Shown here piece by piece: positions 8,512 to 17,151 of a DNA stretch of 64,000 bases. The stretch's first letter is position 1. The number at the start of each line of letters is the position of its first letter. Under the pieces are notes generated by a model that was given only the letters and a program-made list of their open reading frames with translations, had not been told where the DNA came from and ran no database searches. Source of the stretch: Bacillota bacterium (lineage in GTDB: Bacteria; Bacillota; Clostridia; DUPQ01); contig JAKJBR010000003.1 of assembly GCA_022706885.1 (NCBI GenBank), positions 7,331 to 71,330 on the forward strand, written 5' to 3'. The translations under genes and the position numbers were made by a program.

Positions 8512-10647
8512 ATGAAAAGAAATAAGCAGACAAAAATTGATTTCGGGTACGCATTTTCGGAACCTCACAGAATATGTGTATGTCTTCCCAACTCGAGTAA
8601 CAAGACACTGTATGACTGTACAAAAGATTCTTTAACCATGCTGTGGAGCGACAGCGACACAACACATAATCCTTTGGGTGCATACAAAAGAGTTCGTCTG
8701 GACTGGAAAGTAAAGATAACGGCAAAGTGTAACGATGTTGCCATGGAAGCTTTTGCCTGGGAGAGAATTGAGGGATATATTCCGTCACTGTTGTATAAAG
8801 CAAATGCGGAAGGTGCAAACCTTACCGTTCAATGTGTGGCTACAAGACTCGGAGATGTTATTAAAATGTCCGTTACCAATACAACCGGCAGCGATAAAAA
8901 AATATTTATTGACGCATGCGTATTGGACAACACAATTAATACCAAGTGGGCGGATTTTGACTGCGAATACAGCGTGGTAAATCCCATATTCAATGACGCT
9001 TCGGACAGGATAGTTATTATGGATGCAAGTCTTACCGATACTGTTCCTTCCAGAAGAGAGTCGGTCACATATGCATATATACTCAAAGCAAAAGAAACCC
9101 GTGAGAGTATGCTTATACGCCCCAATAAAAAATACAACGACGATATTGAAGTTATGTTGAAGACAAACTGGAATGCCCTGTACGAACAGGGGCTGAATGA
9201 GTGGAGGAATATTATCAAAAAAGCACCGGTATTTGATTTACCCGACCCCATGATTGAGAATGCATATAAAGCGTGCCTGTGCGATATATTCGTAATGAGA
9301 GAAGAAATGGCTGACGGCAGAATGGCGGGACTTGCCGGAACGGAAATGTACAGAAGTTCCAATACCGGAGAGCCGTGTTTCCAGGCACTTACTTTGGGTA
9401 AATACGGATTTTTTGAGCCTGCAAAGGAAAACATCGAGTTTGTGGCAAGTTTCCAGCTGAATAACGGCTCCTGGGAAGATGATAAGCAATGGGGCAAATA
9501 CATGTGGGCTTCATCAGGTTGGAAAAGCCGCTGTATCCAACACTACTATTTACGGACAAAAGACAGAGCATTTTTAGAGGAGAATTTTGAAAGAATGCTT
9601 GCCTCCGCCAGATGGTCCAAGGCACAAAGAGATAAAACCAAACGGAAAAACCCTCCCGATTCACCCGAATGGGGCTTAATGCCCAGAGGCATGGGAGACG
9701 GCGGTCTGAAAAACGGCGATGACCTTTTCGGAGTTTTTTATCCTCACAACTTCATGCACTGTATGGGATTGGAAGCGGCTGTTTGGGCGGCTAAAGAGTT
9801 ACAAAGAGAGGATGTTTATCAAGAGTTGCTTGACACTTATCTGGATCACAAAGAATGTATATTAAAGTCACTGGAAATAGGGCATATCAAAGAGCCGGAC
9901 GGTTCGATCTGGATAGGAAGCTGTGCCCATAATACTTCAGGCAGCAGATGGGCTGTGGCAGATGCGGTTTATCCGACCAATATACTTCCCGTAGACCATC
10001 CCTTAGCTGTAGGTACCATGAATAAGCTTCAGGGGAATATAAGTGAGGGAGGGTTGCCGAAAAACCTCGGATGGATACATGACGGTTTATGGGTGGCTAT
10101 TGCATTGGATGCCATGGCATATGTAAACATATTAGCCGATAAAGCGGACATATCGGCCGATTACCTTGTTGCGGCACTCAATCACGGCACTCCTCTGTTT
10201 ACCTGGTGCGAGGAGCGAACCGAAGAAAAAGGAGCAAAAAGAATAACAGGAGATCTGCAACATGCATGGACACCTATATGTGTCACTCAGTTTATTCGGG
10301 ATATGCTTGTATCGGATTATCTTTTTAAAGATGATATGTTGCACTTAACATGTGCGGTTCCGAGATATTTCTACAAAGAAGGCAATACAATGAATATTAA
10401 GGAGGCACCGGCATTCCAAGGCAAAATATCTTTCAGTATAGAAGTATCTAAGAATACGGTAACCTTCACTGCCGATTTGAGTTCTTTTGATATTAACAGA
10501 GAACTGTGCTTACATTTACGGCTTCCCGACAGCAACTTAGAAGTAACCGTACAAAGCATATCGGGAGGCAAAGCAGTTATTAACAAACAAAAAGCCGTTA
10601 TAAAGCCCGATACAAATAAGATTAAAGCGGTATTTAGTATAGGTTAA
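8512..10647 (+). CDS. Hypothetical 711-aa cytoplasmic protein, possibly an alpha/alpha-toroid glycoside-hydrolase-like enzyme
   Basis: Long clean ORF with RBS GGAGCAGGAG and no signal peptide. Trp/Gly-rich segments (GDLQHAWTP, NLGWIHDGLWVAIALDAMAY) resemble six-hairpin glycosidases, but no family could be assigned by eye. Confidence 0.45.
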   Translation: MKRNKQTKIDFGYAFSEPHRICVCLPNSSNKTLYDCTKDSLTMLWSDSDTTHNPLGAYKRVRLDWKVKITAKCNDVAMEAFAWERIEGYIPSLLYKANAEGANLTVQCVATRLGDVIKMSVTNTTGSDKKIFIDACVLDNTINTKWADFDCEYSVVNPIFNDASDRIVIMDASLTDTVPSRRESVTYAYILKAKETRESMLIRPNKKYNDDIEVMLKTNWNALYEQGLNEWRNIIKKAPVFDLPDPMIENAYKACLCDIFVMREEMADGRMAGLAGTEMYRSSNTGEPCFQALTLGKYGFFEPAKENIEFVASFQLNNGSWEDDKQWGKYMWASSGWKSRCIQHYYLRTKDRAFLEENFERMLASARWSKAQRDKTKRKNPPDSPEWGLMPRGMGDGGLKNGDDLFGVFYPHNFMHCMGLEAAVWAAKELQREDVYQELLDTYLDHKECILKSLEIGHIKEPDGSIWIGSCAHNTSGSRWAVADAVYPTNILPVDHPLAVGTMNKLQGNISEGGLPKNLGWIHDGLWVAIALDAMAYVNILADKADISADYLVAALNHGTPLFTWCEERTEEKGAKRITGDLQHAWTPICVTQFIRDMLVSDYLFKDDMLHLTCAVPRYFYKEGNTMNIKEAPAFQGKISFSIEVSKNTVTFTADLSSFDINRELCLHLRLPDSNLEVTVQSISGGKAVINKQKAVIKPDTNKIKAVFSIG

Positions 10648-10681
10648 TGCTTTTAATCAAGATAATTGTTAATGATATTTA

Positions 10682-11806
10682 CTAGTACCTTGCATTATTG
10701 ACGCATTCATATCCGTAATCTATGTATGTCATGATATTATCAAGATATTGCTTGCTTGGTGTCGGAAAATCCATGAAGCCGGCGGAAGTGCACATTATAA
10801 ATCTGTTGCTTTGCTTTCCGCTTTGCACGCAAGTTTTTATTTTTTCCCTTATAACTTCCTCGGATTCATCATAAAAATCCTGCATCTCTATATTGCCTTC
10901 CAGACCTATGCGATTCTTGAATGTTCTTGCCACTTCGTCCAAATCCACATCTCCGTTCTTGGGCGGTTCCAAAGGATTAAGCACATCGACACCCATCTCA
11001 ATAAATTTCTCTATCAGGTTCCGTACTTTACCGTGGCAATGCACCCAGATGTAACTTCCGGCATTGTGTACCATATCGCAAATGTGTTTATCATAATCAA
11101 AACAGAAATCCATGAAATCTTTTTCCGATAATAACGGAGGAATAAGCAACTCCGGTCCCACCCAGGAAAAAGGTACTCTGACACCATGATTAAGCGCTTC
11201 TTCGACATGAGCATACAGCCTTTTGGAAAAAACATCCAATGCTTCCATTAAAAGGTCTCTGCAATCATGGGTAAAATATGCAAGATTTTCCGAACCTATC
11301 ATACGATAAAGGGCATATGCGATGTGGTCAATACGGTACAGGACAATTCCCCTGTCTCCCAACAGTTGTTGCTGCTCTTCAATATTATCAACATACGGAA
11401 ACGGCTCATACGGCATAGACAGCATCCTCTTTATATCCTCCGGTTGTTTTACGGGATATTCTATCGTAAACCCCGGTTCACCTATTTTTGATATTCTGTC
11501 TACCCTGCGAAGTTGGCCCATAGGCGTATGGAAAACTATATGTTCCTCGTACCACAGAGGATCATTTATCTCCACATTCTTTCTCCTGACTATATCCACC
11601 TGTCCGCAGAACATGAAAAACGGAGAGTGTGCATTAACAACAAGATCGGTCTTTTCCGCGGCCTTTATCATTGCCGGCTCATATGAAGGATGCAATAATT
11701 TATCACCCTTACGGTAATTCCATGATCCCCACAACTTTATCGCGGGTCTGTCTATCGGTTTATTGGCAAAAATCCTCATTAATCTTTCTTTTGATGTAAG
11801 AGACAT
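10682..11806 (-). CDS. Uroporphyrinogen decarboxylase (URO-D) family protein, second paralogue
   Basis: 374 aa with URO-D fold hallmarks (LNPLEP, C-terminal barrel); faces the first paralogue across the amidohydrolase and 711-aa genes. Confidence 0.55.
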   Translation of the reverse strand: MSLTSKERLMRIFANKPIDRPAIKLWGSWNYRKGDKLLHPSYEPAMIKAAEKTDLVVNAHSPFFMFCGQVDIVRRKNVEINDPLWYEEHIVFHTPMGQLRRVDRISKIGEPGFTIEYPVKQPEDIKRMLSMPYEPFPYVDNIEEQQQLLGDRGIVLYRIDHIAYALYRMIGSENLAYFTHDCRDLLMEALDVFSKRLYAHVEEALNHGVRVPFSWVGPELLIPPLLSEKDFMDFCFDYDKHICDMVHNAGSYIWVHCHGKVRNLIEKFIEMGVDVLNPLEPPKNGDVDLDEVARTFKNRIGLEGNIEMQDFYDESEEVIREKIKTCVQSGKQSNRFIMCTSAGFMDFPTPSKQYLDNIMTYIDYGYECVNNARY

Positions 11807-11918
11807 ATGCTACTCCTTGTTCAAGATTCTGTTATATGTATTATATCATGAAATTGTACTACCCTATTCCTCTGCTACATTACTTTTAACGAAACAAGGT
11901 TAAATATTAAAATAGTTA

Positions 11919-11969
11919 TTGACATATGCCATTAATGTGGTATACTGATAGTATCCGGCATATGCCGGA
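11919..11969 (+). promoter_or_regulatory. Sigma-A-like promoter (TTGACA, 16 nt, TATACT) followed by a perfect 16-bp palindrome TCCGGCATATGCCGGA (11954-11969) upstream of the DUF5320 gene
   Basis: Read directly from the sequence; the palindrome lies between the -10 element and the RBS. Confidence 0.5.
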
Positions 11970-11992
11970 AATAAATAAGGGAGGTTCAAAAG

Positions 11993-12265
11993 ATGCCCAG
12001 ATTTGACGGAACAGGACCCAGAGGAATGGGCCCGCTAACAGGAAGAGCTATGGGATACTGCACAGGCGCCAGACGTCCGGTAGGCAGATACTATGGCAGA
12101 GGCGGAGGCAGAGGAAGAGGATTTGGCGTATGCAACAGGCTGTATTACTATGATGATGCTCCTCTATATGATGAAAAGCCCTCAAAGGAACTTCTGCTTA
12201 ATCAGAAGAAGTTTTTAGAAGAAGAGCTTGCATCAATAAATAAACAGATTGATGAATACGAATAA
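11993..12265 (+). CDS. DUF5320-family small protein (Gly/Arg-rich N-terminus, C-terminal coiled coil)
   Basis: MPRFDGTGPRGMGPLTGRAMGYCTGARRPVGRYYGRGGGRGRGFG matches the DUF5320 signature; RBS AGGGAGG is present. Confidence 0.6.
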   Translation: MPRFDGTGPRGMGPLTGRAMGYCTGARRPVGRYYGRGGGRGRGFGVCNRLYYYDDAPLYDEKPSKELLLNQKKFLEEELASINKQIDEYE

Positions 12266-12320
12266 AACTTACAATGCTTAAGTTTACATAAGTTCACCTT
12301 AAGCAAAGTATTTGAACTGC

Positions 12321-12366
12321 CTGAAAAAACCGTTTCGGTATGATATATAGCCGAAACGGTTTAATT
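12321..12366 (-). terminator. Bidirectional rho-independent terminator between the convergent DUF5320 and 5'-nucleotidase genes
   Basis: Stem AACCGTTTCGG / CCGAAACGGTT is flanked by an A-run on the plus strand, which reads as a T-run on the minus strand. Confidence 0.7.
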
Positions 12367-12395
12367 CAACAAATAAATCTGTTTTTACTATTCAA

Positions 12396-13859
12396 CTAAT
12401 ACTCGATAACTATACGGCCCTCAACTTTCGGATCGGCAAGCACCATTCCTAAAAATGCTTCTTCCAGCACATCTCCGCTGGAGGTGGTAACTACTTTTAT
12501 AGGGGAATTGGCTTCCGCTTCTTCCTTGGTGATGCCTATAAAGTCCGCCATATTGTTAAAATGGTACTCCTGTAAACCAACCGAGTATATATGATTATCA
12601 TCCAAAGGCTGTGATTCCAATGATATTTCGGTAACTCTGTTCTCTTTCTTGGAATACTTTACCTTGAACCCTCTGGATACCTGATAGAATTCCACATGGT
12701 CGCTTAAATCTCTTCCCAAAATTGTATTGAATGCTTTTTCTATCTGCTTCTTTGTCAACTTTATTCTGTATATCTTGTCATCAAACGGGAAACATTCTTT
12801 AAAATCCTTAAGTGTCAGTATAGGACCCAATTCCTTTTTCCTTATGCTTCCCGATGCAAACAACATTATATCCAAGCCGAGGTTATCCACTACCGCATCC
12901 GCACATAAATTGCCCAACTCGGTTTCCTGACTTCTTTTCGGATGGGTTAATGCACGCTTGAATCTGGTTATTATTCTGGAGAATTTTTCACTGGTCTTTT
13001 CATGATATTGATGTATTATTTCTTCCAAATCTTTATCTACAGGGCAATGCGTCTCATCTATGGGTACCGCCTGCCAGGTAAAATCTTCTATGCAGTTGTT
13101 GTCTTTATCGACAATAATATCAAATCTTCCTATCTGATCGGTACCTGTCCCGGCTTGTGCAATAACTATACCGTTTACTATCTCAGGTTGCTCCAGATAT
13201 GTATGAGAATGTCCACCGATAATAATATCCACTCCCCATGCCGGATCCAGCATGGAAGCTAATTTCTTATCCTCTTCAAAACCGATATGTGTAAGAAGTA
13301 TTGTGAAATCAATATCTATTTGAGAATAGGCATTACAAATTCTTCCCACTTCCTTTGCGGCTTCATAAACATCCACTATGGAACCTATGAGAGTCTCCTG
13401 TTTGGTCTGAGCAATAACTTCCTCCGTCAATATACCGATATACAGTATTTTTATCCCGCCTACTTCCTTTATGAGATATGGTCTAAAAAGACGGGTATGA
13501 TTGGTTTTTATATATAAATTGCTGTTTATAATAGGAAACTTGGCCAGTTTCTCAATAAACAGAAGATGGGCAACACCGTAATCCACTTCATGATTTCCCA
13601 ATGTAACCACATCGGGTGAAAGCATATTAACTATTTCTATTGTGGAAAGTCCTCTGTATTCCTGATCAATAATAGATCCTCTGAACATATCTCCTGCTAT
13701 AACATAAACCACATTTTCTTCTTCCTGTCGTACTTTATCGATATACCCTGACAGCATTGCAACTCCGCCCACAAGTTTATCGTCAATATTCTCACTCATA
13801 AAATCTCCGTGCATATCATTTGAATGCAACAAAGTCAGTTTTCTCAAATCTCTTCCCAT
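12396..13859 (-). CDS. Bifunctional metallophosphatase / 5'-nucleotidase (UshA-like)
   Basis: N-terminal calcineurin-like metallophosphoesterase motifs (LLHSNDMHG, GDMFRGS, GNHEVD, GGHSHT) plus a C-terminal 5'-nucleotidase domain. Confidence 0.8.
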   Translation of the reverse strand: MGRDLRKLTLLHSNDMHGDFMSENIDDKLVGGVAMLSGYIDKVRQEEENVVYVIAGDMFRGSIIDQEYRGLSTIEIVNMLSPDVVTLGNHEVDYGVAHLLFIEKLAKFPIINSNLYIKTNHTRLFRPYLIKEVGGIKILYIGILTEEVIAQTKQETLIGSIVDVYEAAKEVGRICNAYSQIDIDFTILLTHIGFEEDKKLASMLDPAWGVDIIIGGHSHTYLEQPEIVNGIVIAQAGTGTDQIGRFDIIVDKDNNCIEDFTWQAVPIDETHCPVDKDLEEIIHQYHEKTSEKFSRIITRFKRALTHPKRSQETELGNLCADAVVDNLGLDIMLFASGSIRKKELGPILTLKDFKECFPFDDKIYRIKLTKKQIEKAFNTILGRDLSDHVEFYQVSRGFKVKYSKKENRVTEISLESQPLDDNHIYSVGLQEYHFNNMADFIGITKEEAEANSPIKVVTTSSGDVLEEAFLGMVLADPKVEGRIVIEY

Positions 13860-13959
13860 AACAACCTCCCATTCTATTTATTTGTTTATTCAAACTTATC
13901 CGGACAAATCTACATCTTGTTAGATTATATCATCTTCACATATCCTCCGCTATACGGTT

Positions 13960-15258
13960 TCAAATCTTTTTGATATTACTTATTGCGTATAACGGCAAAT
14001 TGATAAGCCGCTCTTCTTTTTTATAGTCCGACATGGATGTCCTGACCGAAATCTCTATATCATATTTATCACGAAATGTTTTAAGACTTTTAGATTGCAG
14101 ATTAACTTCGGCTTTTACTTCAACCGGAATAACCCTACCCTCACTGCCAATCAGAAAATCAATCTCGGCTCGGTTTCTGTCATTGGTCCAATAATAGACA
14201 TTCAAATTATCCAATGTTTTTAATTGCTGCAGAACATACTGCTCCGTTAAAGCTCCTTTGAATTCCCTGAACAAGTCATTACCGCTTAACAAAGCACTCT
14301 GATGCAGACCCACCATACAGGATAAGAGACCTACATCCAAGGTAAATAACTTAAAAGCCTTTAAATCCTCATATGCCTTAAGGGGTATATTAGGCGCATT
14401 AACACGATTCACCTGATGGATAAGGCCGCAATCGGTAAGCCACAATAGTGCCGTTTCATATTCTTTTGCTCTGGCACCTTCTTTGATCAGACCGTATATA
14501 AACTTTTTATTCTCCTTTGCAAGTTGAGCCGGAATACTGTTCCAAAGCATGCGAATGCGGGGTACAATCTCATTGGGAGCATGCTTGGAAAAGTCCTGCT
14601 CGTATGCATCTAAAATACGTCTCTGTATTTCCCGAACCCCTTGAAAATCCTTATTATCAACGTAGTGTGCAACAACCTCAGGCATACCGCCCACAAAGAA
14701 ATATTGTTTCAAAAGATTAATGTATTCCTGCTTAAAAGTTGTAATCATCTCATAGTCTTTTGATTCCAACAGTTCGGCATACTGTTCTTTTCCCATTGCC
14801 AGCATAAATTCTGAAAATGACAAAGGATAAAGATCCATAAACTCGACTTTACCCACCGGAAAAGATGTTCCGGGATGCAGTGCAATACCTAATAAACTTC
14901 CTGCGCATACAATATGATATGAAGGAGCATCTTCATTAAAATATTTTAAAGAAGTCAGTGCATTGGGAACTTCCTGAACTTCATCAAATATGATAAGGGT
15001 CTCGGACGGAACTATCTTCTTTCCGGTATACAGTTCCAGTCCCATTATTAACCTATCTACATTTAAATCCTGCAAAAACAGCTGCTTTATTTGTATATTG
15101 TTATCAAAATTAATATATGCATGCGATTTATATGCTTTATTCGCAAATTCCTTCATAAGCCAAGTCTTTCCCACCTGTCTTGCTCCGCGAATAATTAACG
15201 GCTTTCTATTGTCTTTTTCTTTCCATTTATACAAATATTCTAAAGAAGTACGATACAT
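13960..15258 (-). CDS. AAA+ ATPase with DUF4143 C-terminal domain
   Basis: Walker A GARQVGKTW and Walker B IIFDEV are present. The start was placed at the internal Met preceded by GGAGG; ORF-track start is 15288. Confidence 0.7.
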   Translation of the reverse strand: MYRTSLEYLYKWKEKDNRKPLIIRGARQVGKTWLMKEFANKAYKSHAYINFDNNIQIKQLFLQDLNVDRLIMGLELYTGKKIVPSETLIIFDEVQEVPNALTSLKYFNEDAPSYHIVCAGSLLGIALHPGTSFPVGKVEFMDLYPLSFSEFMLAMGKEQYAELLESKDYEMITTFKQEYINLLKQYFFVGGMPEVVAHYVDNKDFQGVREIQRRILDAYEQDFSKHAPNEIVPRIRMLWNSIPAQLAKENKKFIYGLIKEGARAKEYETALLWLTDCGLIHQVNRVNAPNIPLKAYEDLKAFKLFTLDVGLLSCMVGLHQSALLSGNDLFREFKGALTEQYVLQQLKTLDNLNVYYWTNDRNRAEIDFLIGSEGRVIPVEVKAEVNLQSKSLKTFRDKYDIEISVRTSMSDYKKEERLINLPLYAISNIKKI

Positions 15259-15286
15259 ACCCGACCTCCTTTCGCTCACAATAGAC

Positions 15287-15359
15287 ATAATATCAGCAAT
15301 TTACAAAAAGTTCAACGACTTTTTGTGCTAATGCAACACTTTCTTCAACGACTTTTTGT
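15287..15359 (-). promoter_or_regulatory. Predicted promoter of the ATPase gene (TTGAAC, 17 nt, TATTAT on the minus strand) overlapped by two 16-bp direct repeats TTCAACGACTTTTTGT (15311-15326 and 15344-15359)
   Basis: Read directly from the sequence; the first repeat overlaps the -35 hexamer. Confidence 0.45.
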
Positions 15360-15520
15360 AATATGCTACATTTTATTCAATAACTTTTGCTTTAATATGC
15401 TTTTAGAAGAAAAACCCCCTGTACTATCGAACACAAGAATCAAATTTTCTCAAATAATCACAATATTTCGCATCCACAGTATAAAACTCAAGTCTCATAA
15501 AAAAATCCTCTAAAAAGATA

Positions 15521-15556
15521 AGGCTGAATTATGGTAACTCAGCCTTTACTTTTTTA
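15521..15556. terminator. Hairpin AAGGCTGA...TCAGCCTT with T-runs on both sides (bidirectional terminator-like)
   Basis: 8-bp stem with an 11-nt loop; followed by ACTTTTTT on the plus strand and preceded by AAAAA. Confidence 0.5.
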
Positions 15557-15559
15557 GCT

Positions 15560-15622
15560 CCCACTTATGGTAGGGTACACCGCTTTTTTAATTCCCACTC
15601 ATGGTAGGGTGCACCGCTTTTT
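15560..15622. repeat. Two near-tandem ~29-nt direct repeats CCCACT(T/C)ATGGTAGGGT(A/G)CACCGCTTTTT
   Basis: Copies at 15560-15589 and 15594-15622, separated by about 4 nt, in a non-coding AT-rich stretch between the ATPase gene and relBE. Confidence 0.6.
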
Positions 15623-15757
15623 GTAGACCGATTGGTCTGCACACTGATTTTACTGAATTTATATTCATTAGTCAATCACAATATTTGACATATTTTACTA
15701 TATATTGACAACTGAAATATGCTGTAATACAATGTATAACAGAAAGGAAGAACTGAT

Positions 15758-15979
15758 ATGACTATATCTATAAGATTGAACGATGCGGATGCCCAACTTA
15801 TAAGAAAGTACGCAGAAATGAAAGGTATGAGTATTTCGGAGCTGGTACGCCAATCTGTAATTGAGCGTATAGAGGATGAGTTTGATCTCAAAGTCTATGA
15901 AGCAGCATTAGCTGAATATAAAGCCAACCCGGTCACTTATACACTGGATGAAGTAGAGAAGGAGTTGGAACTGCGTTGA
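15758..15979 (+). CDS. Type II antitoxin, RelB/DinJ-like (ribbon-helix-helix)
   Basis: 73 aa beginning MTISIRLNDADAQLIRKYAEMKGMSISELVRQSV. Its stop overlaps the toxin start as TTGA. Confidence 0.6.
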   Translation: MTISIRLNDADAQLIRKYAEMKGMSISELVRQSVIERIEDEFDLKVYEAALAEYKANPVTYTLDEVEKELELR

Positions 15980-16269
15980 ATTATCAGGTAATATTTACAC
16001 AAGCTGCCATGCGGGAACTGAGAAAGCTTGATCGATATGTTGCATCCATGATTACAAGTTGGATACGGAAAAATCTGGAAGGATGTTCAAATCCAAGACA
16101 GCACGGTAAAAGCCTAACTGCTGCTCATAGCGGTAAGTGGAGCTATCGCATCGGTTGCTATCGCCTGCTTGCCGATATTCAGGATGATAAAATTCTGATA
16201 CTGATTTTAAATGTCGGAGATAGAAAAGAGATTTATAAGAAAACATCTACGGTTAATGAAACTTTTTAA
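15976..16269 (+). CDS. Type II toxin, RelE/ParE family
   Basis: 97 aa with a basic C-terminal half; uses a TTG start translationally coupled to the antitoxin gene. Confidence 0.6.
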   Translation: MNYQVIFTQAAMRELRKLDRYVASMITSWIRKNLEGCSNPRQHGKSLTAAHSGKWSYRIGCYRLLADIQDDKILILILNVGDRKEIYKKTSTVNETF

Positions 16270-16304
16270 TCCGGGTTACAACTATTAACTCTAAATTTAT
16301 TTAA

Positions 16305-16895
16305 TTAAAACAATACCCCCATTGTTTCACGAATTCTCTTTTCCAGTCTCATTATTTTTGCATATTCCATAAGCCGGTTAAGGTCTTTTCCCTTTTGTTT
16401 CATGTATTCAGTTAAAGCATAGTTAAAAGCGGAAATATCCATGTAAGATCGTTTACGGACTACATCGCAAATAGTGCGTTCCATATCGTATGCAGTAATA
16501 TCATATCCTGCAGGCGAGGACATTTGACAGATACCAAGCGAATACCATTCCTTTTTTACATAAACAATTTTTACACCCTTTTCCGTTAATGTCGGATTGT
16601 TATACTTCGCAGGCACCGTTACAGTAAGCGGAATCGGTTCTTTTTCGGAAAGATTGTGCAAATACAGTGCAGTTTCATGGGAATATATGACTTTCGGAAT
16701 CTGAGTTTGCAGTAAGAACATTTCGTCTACCGGCACATCCGGTGAAATATAAATGCCGTGAGCCGCTTTTTCAAGCTCTGTATCTTTTGCGTAATTATAG
16801 AAAGTTTCTTTGCAAATACCTGCAGCAACAATATCAGCCGTTTTCAAGATACCATCGTTATCCGCCAGGATTTTGTCAATATAGTCATACTTCAT
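16305..16895 (-). CDS. AbiEi-family antitoxin-domain protein (type IV TA / abortive-infection component), apparently orphan
   Basis: N-terminal wHTH-like segment ILADNDGILKTADIVAAGI...AAHGIYISPD followed by SHETALYLHNL; no AbiEii nucleotidyltransferase gene is adjacent. Confidence 0.5.
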   Translation of the reverse strand: MKYDYIDKILADNDGILKTADIVAAGICKETFYNYAKDTELEKAAHGIYISPDVPVDEMFLLQTQIPKVIYSHETALYLHNLSEKEPIPLTVTVPAKYNNPTLTEKGVKIVYVKKEWYSLGICQMSSPAGYDITAYDMERTICDVVRKRSYMDISAFNYALTEYMKQKGKDLNRLMEYAKIMRLEKRIRETMGVLF

Positions 16896-17028
16896 TAAAA
16901 ATCACCAACTTTCATACGGATATTGTATCCTAAAGACCGTATAAAAGTCAATGCATTATCGGATTTTCTTTCTTCTAAATAAGTGAACGGTATAACCGTT
17001 CGGATATACCGTCCATTGTAAATCCATA

Positions 17029-17104
17029 TGGTGGAGATAAACGGGATCGAACCGTTGGCCTCTTGAATGCCATTCAAGCGCTCTCCCAGCTGAGCTATAC
17101 CCCC
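17029..17104 (-). tRNA. tRNA-Ala (anticodon GGC)
   Basis: The rc folds manually into a cloverleaf: acceptor GGGGGUA/UAUCUCC with a G3:U70 pair, D-stem GCUC/GAGC, anticodon stem CUUGA/UCAAG with loop AUGGCAU, T-arm AACGG-UUCGAUC-CCGUU, and an encoded CCA. Confidence 0.85.
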
Positions 17105-17151
17105 GACTTTCAATAATATACTATCAGTTGTGCGGTAATGTCAACCGTTAT

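Noticed and set aside
15560-15622. Possible mini CRISPR array
   Set aside because: Only two repeat copies separated by about 4 nt, no spacers of plausible length and no cas genes; treated as an unexplained tandem repeat instead.
16895-17113. 72-aa minus-strand ORF from the ORF track
   Set aside because: It coincides with the tRNA-Ala gene (17029-17104) and has no RBS; a spurious ORF over a structural RNA.
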